Positions 16,366 through 24,460 of a stretch of 36,120 nucleotides of DNA are shown one piece after another. The DNA is from a virus (taxonomy: Duplodnaviria; Caudoviricetes). The notes under the pieces were generated by a model that was given only the letters and a program-made list of their open reading frames with translations, made no database searches and was not told the origin of the DNA. Both the position numbers and the translations under genes were made by a program. Numbering within the stretch: position 1 is the stretch's first letter; each line of letters opens with the position of its first letter. Location of the stretch: positions 1 to 36,120 of IMG/VR virus record IMGVR_UViG_3300025875_000069. One strand, given 5' to 3'.

Positions 16366-16605
16366 ATGAGTGACCCCCGGCTCGCCCTGCTGTCGACCGT
16401 CGAGGTGTGCGCGCTCTTGGGCGTCGACCGCAGCACGCTCACGCGCTGGGTCGCCTCGGAGCGAGTCCGGCCGGCCCACAAGATGGCCGGCCGGAACGGC
16501 GCGTTCCTCTTCCGCGCGGACGACATCGAGCGCCTCCGCATCGAGCTCGCCGGCGAAGCCCAGGCGAGCGACTCGCCGCAGCCCGCCCAGGCGCGGGCCT
16601 CCTGA
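16366..16605 (+). CDS. Cro-like / excisionase-like HTH protein (79 aa)
   Basis: LLSTVEVCALLGVDRSTLTRWV...AFLFRADDIERL; divergent from the repressor. Confidence 0.85.
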   Translation: MSDPRLALLSTVEVCALLGVDRSTLTRWVASERVRPAHKMAGRNGAFLFRADDIERLRIELAGEAQASDSPQPAQARAS

Positions 16606-16892
16606 CGTCCGGGGCCGCTCGCCCCGTGGCGGCCCCGGACCCAACACGACGTCCGAAGCACGTCCGACATCGGCAGGGGGAACCGATGCGCTTCCGCGCG
16701 CTCATCGCTACTCACTCACAGCGACCAGCCGCAAGCGCCCCGCGAACCCGACCGGCCTGAGACGCCTCGGACCCGGTGGTCTTCCCCGACGCCGGGCCCG
16801 GGTGCACAACCCGCAAGAACGACAACGCCGCCCGCTCCAGACCTCCCCAGGACCGGAACAGCGGACGGCGCCGACAGAGAGCGAGCGTAACC

Positions 16893-17024
16893 GTGAGCAG
16901 CACCGACACCACTCGGCGTCACCGGGCCGACGCCAACCCGCAGGGTCGGCCGGCCAGCGAGCTGGTCGACCAGTACTGGACTCCCACCGCCCGGGCCGAC
17001 GCCCAGCCGGTGAAGACGGCATGA
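16893..17024 (+). CDS. Small hypothetical protein (43 aa)
   Basis: GTG start after a purine-rich stretch; stop overlaps next ATG. Confidence 0.4.
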   Translation: MSSTDTTRRHRADANPQGRPASELVDQYWTPTARADAQPVKTA

Positions 17025-17203
17025 CGAGCACCCGCCACCTCGTCGCGGTGGCCGCCCCGGTCCCTGTCCTGTCCCCGCGCGAGTACTCCGCCCGGTACCT
17101 CCGCCAGTCCGCCTGCACCGGCACCGACTGTGTGCTCGCCGCCGGGCACCGAGGCACCTGCCTGCCCGCCCCGCGACGCGACCAGCAGGACGGTGCCCGG
17201 TGA
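17021..17203 (+). CDS. Small Cys/His protein (60 aa)
   Basis: Coupled on both sides; C-x4-CVLAAGHRGTC. Confidence 0.55.
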   Translation: MTSTRHLVAVAAPVPVLSPREYSARYLRQSACTGTDCVLAAGHRGTCLPAPRRDQQDGAR

Positions 17204-17649
17204 GCACGCACCCGGACGCCGGGCAGCTGCAGCGCGCGCTGGCCGCAACGCCGGAGCAGGCGGCCCACCTGCAGGCGACCGCCCGGCGCCTGGACTGGTT
17301 CGCCTCCGAGGATCTGGCCGCGGAGCTCCTGCGTCGTGTGCTCGAGCAGGACCCGACGCCGACCGAGGCCGCCGCCGCGATCACCTGCCCGGACTGCGGC
17401 CGCACCAGCTGGCACCCCGAGGACGTCGCCCGCGGCTACTGCGGCGTCTGCCACGCCACGACCAACGGCACGGTGACCCGACCGTGCATCCGCTGCGCCG
17501 GCTGCGGCTTGGTCGCCGACAGTGAGGACGCGGAGCCCTGGACCGCCTGGACCAGCTTGGCCCCTGCCTCTGCCCTGGCCGTCCGGCTGGGCCTGGTGCG
17601 GCCGGCCCTGTGCCCGTCCTGCCTGGGCCGGAAGCGGGTGCCGGCATGA
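17200..17649 (+). CDS. Zinc-finger protein (149 aa)
   Basis: ITCPDCGRTSWHPEDV..GYCGVCH, plus CIRCAGCG and CPSCLG. Confidence 0.7.
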   Translation: MSTHPDAGQLQRALAATPEQAAHLQATARRLDWFASEDLAAELLRRVLEQDPTPTEAAAAITCPDCGRTSWHPEDVARGYCGVCHATTNGTVTRPCIRCAGCGLVADSEDAEPWTAWTSLAPASALAVRLGLVRPALCPSCLGRKRVPA

Positions 17650-18236
17650 CCGCCGTCCTCGAGCTGGCCGACCGCGGGCTGCTGTCCGCGTTGGCGATCG
17701 CCTACGGCCGCGCCGGCGTCCCCAACCGGGACGACCGGCTGGCCGATGCGGCTGCCCACGTCGGCCGGCCGCTCACCACAACGGCCGAGCTGACCGCCGA
17801 GGAGGCCCGGGCGTTGCGCCGGCACGTCCGCCGCTGCAGCCCGGAGACCTGCCGCTTCACCACCGCGGTGCGGCTGGCGCCCGCCGACGTCCCCGCGGCC
17901 GCTGCGACCCTGTGCGCGCCCCGTGGTCATGAGCCCACCGCCGGAGACCTGGCGATCGTCGCCGCCTTCGCCGAGCACCTCGCCACCGCGCGGCCGGCCA
18001 GGACGGTGCACCGGCACGACCCGGGCTGCGACGGTGCTGGCGGGCACCTCGTGCCGGCCGGCGTCGGCGTGCGTCACTGCGCGTGCGGCACAGTCGCCGA
18101 CGTCCCGCCCGCGCGGGACCGGTCCTGCCCGCCGAAGGTCTGCTACTGCGGCGGCTGCCCCTGGTGGACACCGGCGCCCCCGGTCAACTTCGCCGCGGCG
18201 ATCGCCAAGCTGGCCGAGGCCGGTGAGCGTCGATGA
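17646..18236 (+). CDS. Hypothetical Cys-rich protein (196 aa)
   Basis: ATGA overlaps on both sides; GRPLTTTAELTAEEA; C-terminal CPPKVCYCGGC. Confidence 0.65.
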   Translation: MTAVLELADRGLLSALAIAYGRAGVPNRDDRLADAAAHVGRPLTTTAELTAEEARALRRHVRRCSPETCRFTTAVRLAPADVPAAAATLCAPRGHEPTAGDLAIVAAFAEHLATARPARTVHRHDPGCDGAGGHLVPAGVGVRHCACGTVADVPPARDRSCPPKVCYCGGCPWWTPAPPVNFAAAIAKLAEAGERR

Positions 18237-19666
18237 GTGCTCCGACCTCAGTCGGGGGCCGGGAAAGCGCACAGCTCGACGTCGCGCTGCTGGACCCACG
18301 CGAGCTGGTGCCGCACCCGCGGAACGTCCGCACGGAGCTGGTCGACCTCGAGGGCCTGACCGTGTCCATCGCCGCGGTGGGCGTGATCGAGCCGCTGACC
18401 GTCGTCGAGCTGGAGGACGGCCGGCACCAGCTGGTCACTGGGCACCGGCGCACCGCGGCCGCGATCGCCGCGGGGGTCGAGCGAGTGCCGTGCTGGATCC
18501 GCCGCGACCTGTCCGTCGACGCTGCCACCGACCTGGTCCAGGCCGAGCACGTCGGCACGATGATGGCCGAGAACCTGCAGCGCGAGGGCCTCACCGTGAC
18601 CGAGGAGGCGCACGGCGTCCAGACGATGCTCGACCTGGGCATGGACATGGTCACGGTGGCCTCGCGCACCGGCCTGGACCGCAAGCGCGTGGCCAAGGCT
18701 GCAGGAGTCGCCCGGCTCGCGCCGACCGCGGCCGCCGCGGTGGCCACCGCCGGGCTGACGCTGGACCAGGCGGCCGTCGTCGCGCACTACGAGGACCAGC
18801 CCGACGTCGTCGAGGACCTGGTCCAGGCGGCGGTGCAGGGGCCCGGCCGTTTCGCCCACGCGGTGACCCGCGCCGAGCAGGAACGCGCGGCCGCCGAGCG
18901 GCTGACCGAGCGCCGCACCGAACTCGAGGAGACCGGCCGCCGGGTGCTCGTCGAGGGCCAGGACGCCGAGGACGGTCGGATGCGGCTGTCGGGGCTGCTG
19001 CATGACGGCGGTGAGCTGACGCCCGAGGCGCACTCCGGCTGTCCCGGATCCGCGGTCCTCCTGGAGGCCGGCCGGGGCGCCGTGCCCTACGTCGCCGAGG
19101 TGGAGGTGTGCACCGACCCGCTCGGCAACGGGCACACCTACCGGTACATCCCCACGCCGGGGATCCCCGGCCAGTCGATGTCGGACGAGGAGCTCGAGCG
19201 GCAGCGCGAGGAGCGCCGCCAGGTCATGGCCAACAACACGGCCATGGGGGCCGCGAACGCCACCCGCCGGGCGTGGGTGCGCGAGTACCTGGCCCGTCGG
19301 ACGGCGTCCAAGGCGGTCCTGCGCTTCGCGGTCGAGGCGATCGCCAAGTACCCCGACGAGCTGCACTCCTGGTTGTCGGGCATGGGCGTCCGCGAGGGAC
19401 ACGACGGCGTGCGCGAGATGGGCCTGCACCGGCCGGCCCGCTTCGTGAAGACCGACGTCAGCCTGACTAGCGGCGAGCACGTCGTCGACGGCCGACTCCC
19501 CCTGCAGCTGCTCGCCCACGTCGCCGCGGCGATCGAGGCCTCGACCCTGCGAGACGCCTGGCGCGCCACCGGCCACGACCGGGGGCGGCTGGCCAGCTGG
19601 CTGCGCTTCCTGGTCGGGGAAGGCTACGAGCTGTCAGACATCGAGGCCTCGGTGGTCGCCCCGTGA
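18233..19666 (+). CDS. ParB/RepB/Spo0J-family protein (477 aa)
   Basis: LVPHPRNVR, SIAAVGVIEPLTV, LVTGHRR (GxxR-like), ENLQREGLT, then an HTH. Confidence 0.88.
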   Translation: MSAPTSVGGRESAQLDVALLDPRELVPHPRNVRTELVDLEGLTVSIAAVGVIEPLTVVELEDGRHQLVTGHRRTAAAIAAGVERVPCWIRRDLSVDAATDLVQAEHVGTMMAENLQREGLTVTEEAHGVQTMLDLGMDMVTVASRTGLDRKRVAKAAGVARLAPTAAAAVATAGLTLDQAAVVAHYEDQPDVVEDLVQAAVQGPGRFAHAVTRAEQERAAAERLTERRTELEETGRRVLVEGQDAEDGRMRLSGLLHDGGELTPEAHSGCPGSAVLLEAGRGAVPYVAEVEVCTDPLGNGHTYRYIPTPGIPGQSMSDEELERQREERRQVMANNTAMGAANATRRAWVREYLARRTASKAVLRFAVEAIAKYPDELHSWLSGMGVREGHDGVREMGLHRPARFVKTDVSLTSGEHVVDGRLPLQLLAHVAAAIEASTLRDAWRATGHDRGRLASWLRFLVGEGYELSDIEASVVAP

Positions 19667-19905
19667 TCGAGGTGCCCGTCGTCGTCCATGAGCTGCTGCG
19701 CGCGGCGACAGGCCACCCGATCGTCGTGCGCACGCTGGACGGCCAGCAGGTGCGGCTGCGGCTGCCCACGCCGGCCGAGGCACTGAGGCTCAACGAGGAG
19801 GCCCGCGCGACCGTCGCGGCGATGATCGGCCGGCCCGTAAGCGGGCCGGCGATGACCCAGGAGCAGGCCGAACAGCTGTGCCGGCCGCTGCGGTGGCCGG
19901 TGTGA
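19663..19905 (+). CDS. Hypothetical protein (80 aa)
   Basis: GTGA coupling on both sides. Confidence 0.6.
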   Translation: MIEVPVVVHELLRAATGHPIVVRTLDGQQVRLRLPTPAEALRLNEEARATVAAMIGRPVSGPAMTQEQAEQLCRPLRWPV

Positions 19906-20288
19906 CCGAACTCGAGCGGATCGAGACGGTCGCCGGGCAGGTGCCCCTGCCCGGCATGTCCGATCTGAGACCCCGCCCAGCTCACGTGCGGCGCCCCGAC
20001 GGGCGCACGTACCGGCCCCGCCGGCTGCCGCACGCCGATCTCACCGGCGTCGACGGTGAGATCGAGGGCGTCGCCGTGATGCACACCCACAACGTCAGGC
20101 TGGCGGAGCAGCTCGCTCGCCAGGCGCTGGACGCCTACGACCCGGTCACCTGTTGGCGAGTCGAGGTGGTCCGGCTCAGCTGGGGCATCTGGCGGCCGGA
20201 CCGCTCGACCGGTGGGTCGACCTGGATCGAGGACGGGTCCGGCCTCACCGGTACGCCGGCCGTCTTTCTCGACGTGGAGGCGCGGTGA
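19902..20288 (+). CDS. Hypothetical protein (128 aa)
   Basis: GTGA coupling on both sides. Confidence 0.6.
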   Translation: MTELERIETVAGQVPLPGMSDLRPRPAHVRRPDGRTYRPRRLPHADLTGVDGEIEGVAVMHTHNVRLAEQLARQALDAYDPVTCWRVEVVRLSWGIWRPDRSTGGSTWIEDGSGLTGTPAVFLDVEAR

Positions 20289-20686
20289 GCGCCGACCTGC
20301 CGTCGGTGCTGGTCGGCGGCCGCCGGCTGGCCGACGTCGCCCGGCCGTCTGGCCGCGACGGCTACGGCTTCCGGGTCATGTTCCGCTCGGCGCCGACCTG
20401 GATGCAGATGCACACCGCGCACCATCTCGCCGACGAGCTGCGTGCGGAGATCGGGCCCACCCGGGTCGGCCCGATCACGGTGGAGAGCTTCCACGGGCAC
20501 GACGACGTCGCGGCCGCGCTGCTCGACCCGCGGTTCGACCTCCTGCCGGCCGAGATGCTGGCCGCCGAGCTGGCCGGCTACGACGTCGCCCACAAGCACC
20601 TGGGCTGCGCCGTGCTGCTCGCCGCCCACTCCCTCGTCCTGTGGCCCCAGACCCAGCCACCCTGCGGCCACTGGAGCCTCTCGTGA
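20285..20686 (+). CDS. Hypothetical protein (133 aa)
   Basis: GGAGG RBS; GTGA coupling. Confidence 0.6.
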   Translation: MSADLPSVLVGGRRLADVARPSGRDGYGFRVMFRSAPTWMQMHTAHHLADELRAEIGPTRVGPITVESFHGHDDVAAALLDPRFDLLPAEMLAAELAGYDVAHKHLGCAVLLAAHSLVLWPQTQPPCGHWSLS

Positions 20687-21057
20687 GTTGGACGCCGCCC
20701 AACGAGTGCCCCCGCTGTCACCGGGAGGTCATCTGGGGCTGGACCGAGGCGGGCAAGAAGTTCCCGCTGGACCCGGCGGAGTACGCCCGGGACGACGTGA
20801 AGGCCACCGCCGCCGTCTACACCGACCACCTGCGCCGGGTCCGGGTGCGCGTCATCCGCGCCGACCGGCCGCTGGAGGGCTTCGAGCACCGCGGCATGCC
20901 CCACTTCGCCACCTGCCCCGTGGCCCTGGCCGAGCGCGCCTCCCGCGCCGCCCACCCCTCTTCGCGTCCCCGCCGGCAGCCGAGTTCTGGTGCCGGCGGG
21001 GACGAGCTCGCGATCCGCCGCCGCCGCCGCCGCACCGAGACAGGAACACCGCCATGA
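20683..21057 (+). CDS. Hypothetical Zn-binding phage protein (124 aa)
   Basis: CPRCHREVIWGWTEAGKKFPLD...PHFATCP pattern. Confidence 0.7.
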   Translation: MSWTPPNECPRCHREVIWGWTEAGKKFPLDPAEYARDDVKATAAVYTDHLRRVRVRVIRADRPLEGFEHRGMPHFATCPVALAERASRAAHPSSRPRRQPSSGAGGDELAIRRRRRRTETGTPP

Positions 21058-21482
21058 CCGAGACCGCCCCGCACGACCTCCCAGCAGGGGAGTGGGCCGG
21101 CAGGCCCGTGTCGCTGACAGACGTCCACCCGCCCCTCACGGCGGCGGAGGACCTCGCTGCGGCCGCCGTGGTGTCGGCGCTGCCGTTCCTCGAGCTGCCC
21201 GCCGGGCCGGTCGCGCCCTTCTTCGACGGCACGCAGGTCTGCGCCCAGGTCGACCCGGAGGTCTTCTTCCCGCCCAAGGGGGCGTCTCCGGCCAAGGCCA
21301 AGGCGCTGTGCGGCAGCTGCGAGTTCCTGAACCCGTGCCGGCGCTACGCCCTCACCGCCTGGGTGGCCGGCTATCCGGTCAACGGCGTCTGGGGCGGAAC
21401 CAGCTTCACCGACCGGGCACGCCTTCGTCGCTCGGTCGTCGCCGGCGCCCTGGTCGACGTCGACGAGGACGTGGCGTCATGA
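21054..21482 (+). CDS. whiB: WhiB-family transcriptional regulator (142 aa)
   Basis: CAQVDPEVFFP...AKALCGSCEFLNPCRRYAL...GVWGGTS: four Cys plus GVWGG. Confidence 0.92.
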   Translation: MTETAPHDLPAGEWAGRPVSLTDVHPPLTAAEDLAAAAVVSALPFLELPAGPVAPFFDGTQVCAQVDPEVFFPPKGASPAKAKALCGSCEFLNPCRRYALTAWVAGYPVNGVWGGTSFTDRARLRRSVVAGALVDVDEDVAS

Positions 21483-22234
21483 GCGTCAAGGTCAGTGCCT
21501 GGGTGTGGGAGCACTCCAAGACCACCGGCAACGACCGGCTGCTGCTGCTCGCGATCGCCGACTGCGCCGACGACGACGGCGACAACGCCTGGCCCTCGGT
21601 CGACACCCTCGCCGAGAAGGCCACGTGCTCGGAGCGGACCGTGCAGCGGCGCATCCAGCACCTGGAGGAGGTGGGCTGCCTGACCGTGCTGCGGGGCGCT
21701 GGCCGCAACGGCACGCACCGTTACCGCGTGCACATGGACAAGGGCGCGATGAAGCCGCCGAAGCCGAAGCGGGCCAGCACGCCGGCGGGGGAGAAGGCTG
21801 TGGACAACCCGCAAGGGGGTGACAAGTTGTCACCCCCCGAGGGGCGTCCACAGGGGGGTGACAAGTTGTCACCCGGGGTGACACAGCTGTGTCGCGTCAG
21901 GGGTGACACCCAGGTGTCACCCGAACGTCCTGAACGTCCAAGTACTCCCCCAACCCCACGGGCAAGCCGTGGGGCGAAGTGCCCTCATGGTCGATCCACC
22001 AACTGCCGGGCCTGCGGCACCAACCCCCGGGTGCGTGGCACCAACCCGCGAACCGCCGACGCCGACCTCGTCCGCCGCCGTGCAGCGGTGCCCTGGTGCG
22101 GCGGTCACCACTGCGACCGCCGCACGCGCCGGGTCTTCGACGCCGACACTGGGCACTTCACCGGCCAGTGCCCGGACTGCAACCCCGACGTCATCGTGGG
22201 CCCCGCCCCGCCGCAGCTGGCTCTCGCCCGCTGA
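21479..22234 (+). CDS. Replication initiator with N-terminal winged helix (251 aa)
   Basis: RLLLLAIAD.ADDDG..AWPSVDTLAEKATCSERTVQRRIQHLEEVG; internal iterons; Cys-rich C-terminus. Confidence 0.85.
   Translation: MSVKVSAWVWEHSKTTGNDRLLLLAIADCADDDGDNAWPSVDTLAEKATCSERTVQRRIQHLEEVGCLTVLRGAGRNGTHRYRVHMDKGAMKPPKPKRASTPAGEKAVDNPQGGDKLSPPEGRPQGGDKLSPGVTQLCRVRGDTQVSPERPERPSTPPTPRASRGAKCPHGRSTNCRACGTNPRVRGTNPRTADADLVRRRAAVPWCGGHHCDRRTRRVFDADTGHFTGQCPDCNPDVIVGPAPPQLALAR
21799..21939. repeat. Putative replication origin: four GGGTGACA palindromic iterons plus a DnaA box
   Basis: GGGTGACAAGTTGTCACCC twice (21817, 21856); GGGTGACACAGCTGTGTC; GGGTGACACCCAGGTGTCACCC; GAACGTCC twice; TGTGGACAA at 21799. Confidence 0.8.
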
Positions 22235-22263
22235 CCGACCACCTCACCGACAGGAGCACGACG

Positions 22264-22941
22264 ATGACCGCGCTGCGACAGCCCGCCCCGCCGGTGCCGG
22301 CCTCTTCCGTGATCCGGCAGAGCCCGTCGTTGTGGGTCCGCGAGGCCGGGGTCCGCTTCGGCATCCCGGCACCGGCCCGGCCGGCCAACCCGGGCACCAG
22401 CCTGGCCGAGGCCCGCCAGCAGCTGCTCGACCAGGCCGTCGAGGAGTTGCGTCAGGCGATCGACCCGTGGGACTACCCGTCAGGCACCGCGCCGGCCGTC
22501 GACGTCGCCGCGGTGGCCGCGGGCCTCGCCAACGTCGCGCTGGTCACCTTCGGGACGGCGGCCGCGTACGGCATCGCTCTGGACCCAGTGATCGCCGAGG
22601 TGCACCGCGCGAACCTGACCCAGCGGGGCGTGAACGCCCACGGGCACGCTCGGCAGGGCAACGAGTACTCCGCACCCGACGTCGCGGCGGTGATGGCCGG
22701 CCAGCGCGACGGCAGCGACCCCAGCGACCGCGGCTGGTGGGCCGACCACGTGCTCGAGGCAGCCGTCCCCGTCGGCGAGGAGTTCGACCCCGAGCTGGCC
22801 GCCCGTTGGCTCGACGAGCCGCACGACCAGCTGGGCGGCTACGCGCCCTGGACGGCCATCACCGACGGCCGCGGCGACCTGATCTGGCGCAACCTCGCCA
22901 CGCTCTGTGACCTGCGGGTCGGCTGGGGCGTCCGGCCGTAG
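22264..22941 (+). CDS. Degenerate MazG-like (PRA-PH type) domain fused to an MbcA/ParS/Xre-like C-terminal domain (225 aa)
   Basis: AGGAG RBS; LVTFGTAAAYGIALDPVIAEVHRANL...YSAPDV, then FDPELAARWLDEPHDQLGGYAP. Confidence 0.65.
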   Translation: MTALRQPAPPVPASSVIRQSPSLWVREAGVRFGIPAPARPANPGTSLAEARQQLLDQAVEELRQAIDPWDYPSGTAPAVDVAAVAAGLANVALVTFGTAAAYGIALDPVIAEVHRANLTQRGVNAHGHARQGNEYSAPDVAAVMAGQRDGSDPSDRGWWADHVLEAAVPVGEEFDPELAARWLDEPHDQLGGYAPWTAITDGRGDLIWRNLATLCDLRVGWGVRP

Positions 22942-22961
22942 AACCTGCCAACAGGCAGGGA

Positions 22962-22977
22962 GAGAACAGGCGTTCGA
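22962..22977. promoter_or_regulatory. LexA (SOS/Cheo-type) box
   Basis: GAGAAC-AGGC-GTTCGA versus TCGAAC-N4-GTTCGA; intergenic. Confidence 0.6.
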
Positions 22978-23003
22978 GGCCCTGGATCGACACGTGTTCA
23001 CCT

Positions 23004-23025
23004 GGTTACGTCAAGTGACGTAACC
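23004..23025. promoter_or_regulatory. Perfect inverted repeat upstream of the right-arm operon
   Basis: GGTTACGTCA-AG-TGACGTAACC. Confidence 0.7.
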
Positions 23026-23061
23026 CGTCTTCCCCGCGGGTTCGCACCCGAGGAGCAGACC

Positions 23062-23487
23062 ATGGCACCGTCCCGCACCGCCCCCGCCGTCGGCCGGCTG
23101 GCCAAGGCCGCCTCCGGCGCGCTGGCCGCCGCAGGCGTGAAGCTCGCCGGCGAGGACTCGGCACCTTCCGCCGACACCGCGGTGGCCACCGTCGCGCCGG
23201 CCTCGATCCCGAGGGCCCGCGCCACCGTGCTGGTGCGCGCCTACCGGCGGGCCGAGAAGCGCGTCGACGCCGCGAAGGAGGCCCTGGACACCGCCAAGGC
23301 CGCCATCGTCGAGGAGATGGGCGCCGCCGACGTCCTACAGGTCGCCGAGACTGGCCGCCCCGTCGCCGAGATCAAGACGGACCAGTCGCTGGTCTTCGAC
23401 CAGACCCGCTTCCGCACCGAACACCCCGACGTCGCCGCCGGCTACATGAAGCCGCAGCCGCGGCGCCGCTTCCGGGTGCTCGGGTGA
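23062..23487 (+). CDS. Hypothetical protein resembling the C-terminal part of YqaJ-type phage proteins (141 aa)
   Basis: GAGGAG RBS; KAAIVEEMGAA...FDQTRFRTEHPDV..YMK...RRFRV. Confidence 0.7.
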   Translation: MAPSRTAPAVGRLAKAASGALAAAGVKLAGEDSAPSADTAVATVAPASIPRARATVLVRAYRRAEKRVDAAKEALDTAKAAIVEEMGAADVLQVAETGRPVAEIKTDQSLVFDQTRFRTEHPDVAAGYMKPQPRRRFRVLG

Positions 23488-24266
23488 CGCAGCCGCAGGA
23501 CGGCAGCGCGCCGTCGACCGGGGACCTGTGGCGCTGGGTCGACCGACTGACCCTGCCCACCCAGCACCGCCTCGCCCGCTCGGAGCAGGGCGGCCGCCGG
23601 TGGATCGAGCACCACGAGATGCCCAGCCTGCTCGAGCAGCTCGTCGAGCAGCAGGCCACCACCAGCAGCGGGCGCACCGGCGGCGGCGGTGGCACCGGCT
23701 CCCGCGCTCCGCTGGACCTGGCCACCACCGCCCTGCTCATCGACCTCGAGGACCTGGTCGTCGAGGGCCTGGTCGCCCACGGCGCCCAGCCGCACCGGAC
23801 CATCGAGCTCGTCGGCAAGGTCACCGTCCACATGCTCGACGTCTCGGCGAGCCTGCGCGCGCTCGCCGTCACCATCGTCGGCACCGCCGACGCCGACCTC
23901 ATCGAGTGGTGGACCGACAAGTACTGCACCTGGGTGCTCCGCGCCGAGGAGTGCCTGGACCTCGCCGGCGACGACATCACCACCCTCCCGGTGCGCGGCA
24001 CCGCCTGCCCCGACTGCGGCGTCGACACCGTGCTCGTCGACCGCGAAGGCGAGGCCATCCGCCAGCCCGCGCTCACCATCACCTTCCGCGACGGCCAGGT
24101 ACTGCACGTCAACTGCCAGCACTGCTCGACCAGCCGCTGGCGCGGCGAGGGCATCGACACCCTCGCCGACTCCTTCGCCGCCAGCCTCGACCTCGCCGAC
24201 GTCGACGACGCCGCGCCGGTCGTCCCGGGCCCGCGGTCCGCCGGCGACGCACTGGTGACGATCTGA
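23484..24266 (+). CDS. Zn-ribbon protein, possible late-gene regulator (260 aa)
   Basis: PSLLEQL...GSRAPLDL; C-terminal CPDCG and CQHC; function inferred from position before HNH only. Confidence 0.65.
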   Translation: MTQPQDGSAPSTGDLWRWVDRLTLPTQHRLARSEQGGRRWIEHHEMPSLLEQLVEQQATTSSGRTGGGGGTGSRAPLDLATTALLIDLEDLVVEGLVAHGAQPHRTIELVGKVTVHMLDVSASLRALAVTIVGTADADLIEWWTDKYCTWVLRAEECLDLAGDDITTLPVRGTACPDCGVDTVLVDREGEAIRQPALTITFRDGQVLHVNCQHCSTSRWRGEGIDTLADSFAASLDLADVDDAAPVVPGPRSAGDALVTI

Positions 24267-24460
24267 TGGCCCTCGTGCGGGGCTGCACCCGCTGCGGCAC
24301 CGGCTACCCGACCGTCACCCGGGTGCGGGCACACCCGCACCCGAGCGGCGGCCTGGTCGAGGTCCGACTCTGCACCGACTGCCGGAACCTCGCGGCCGCC
24401 GAGAACACCGCCGCGCGGGCCCGCAGCACCGGCTCCGACCCCGTCCCCGGACCGTCGTGA
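24266..24460 (+). CDS. Small Zn-finger protein (64 aa)
   Basis: CTRC and CTDC; coupled on both sides. Confidence 0.55.
   Translation: MALVRGCTRCGTGYPTVTRVRAHPHPSGGLVEVRLCTDCRNLAAAENTAARARSTGSDPVPGPS

Noticed and set aside
16686-16760. 24-aa ORF MRFRALIATHSQRPAASAPRTRPA
   Set aside because: Only a weak G-rich RBS and too short to support
18233-19666. parABS plasmid-prophage partition system
   Set aside because: No ParA ATPase gene found, and the phage has integrase and attP
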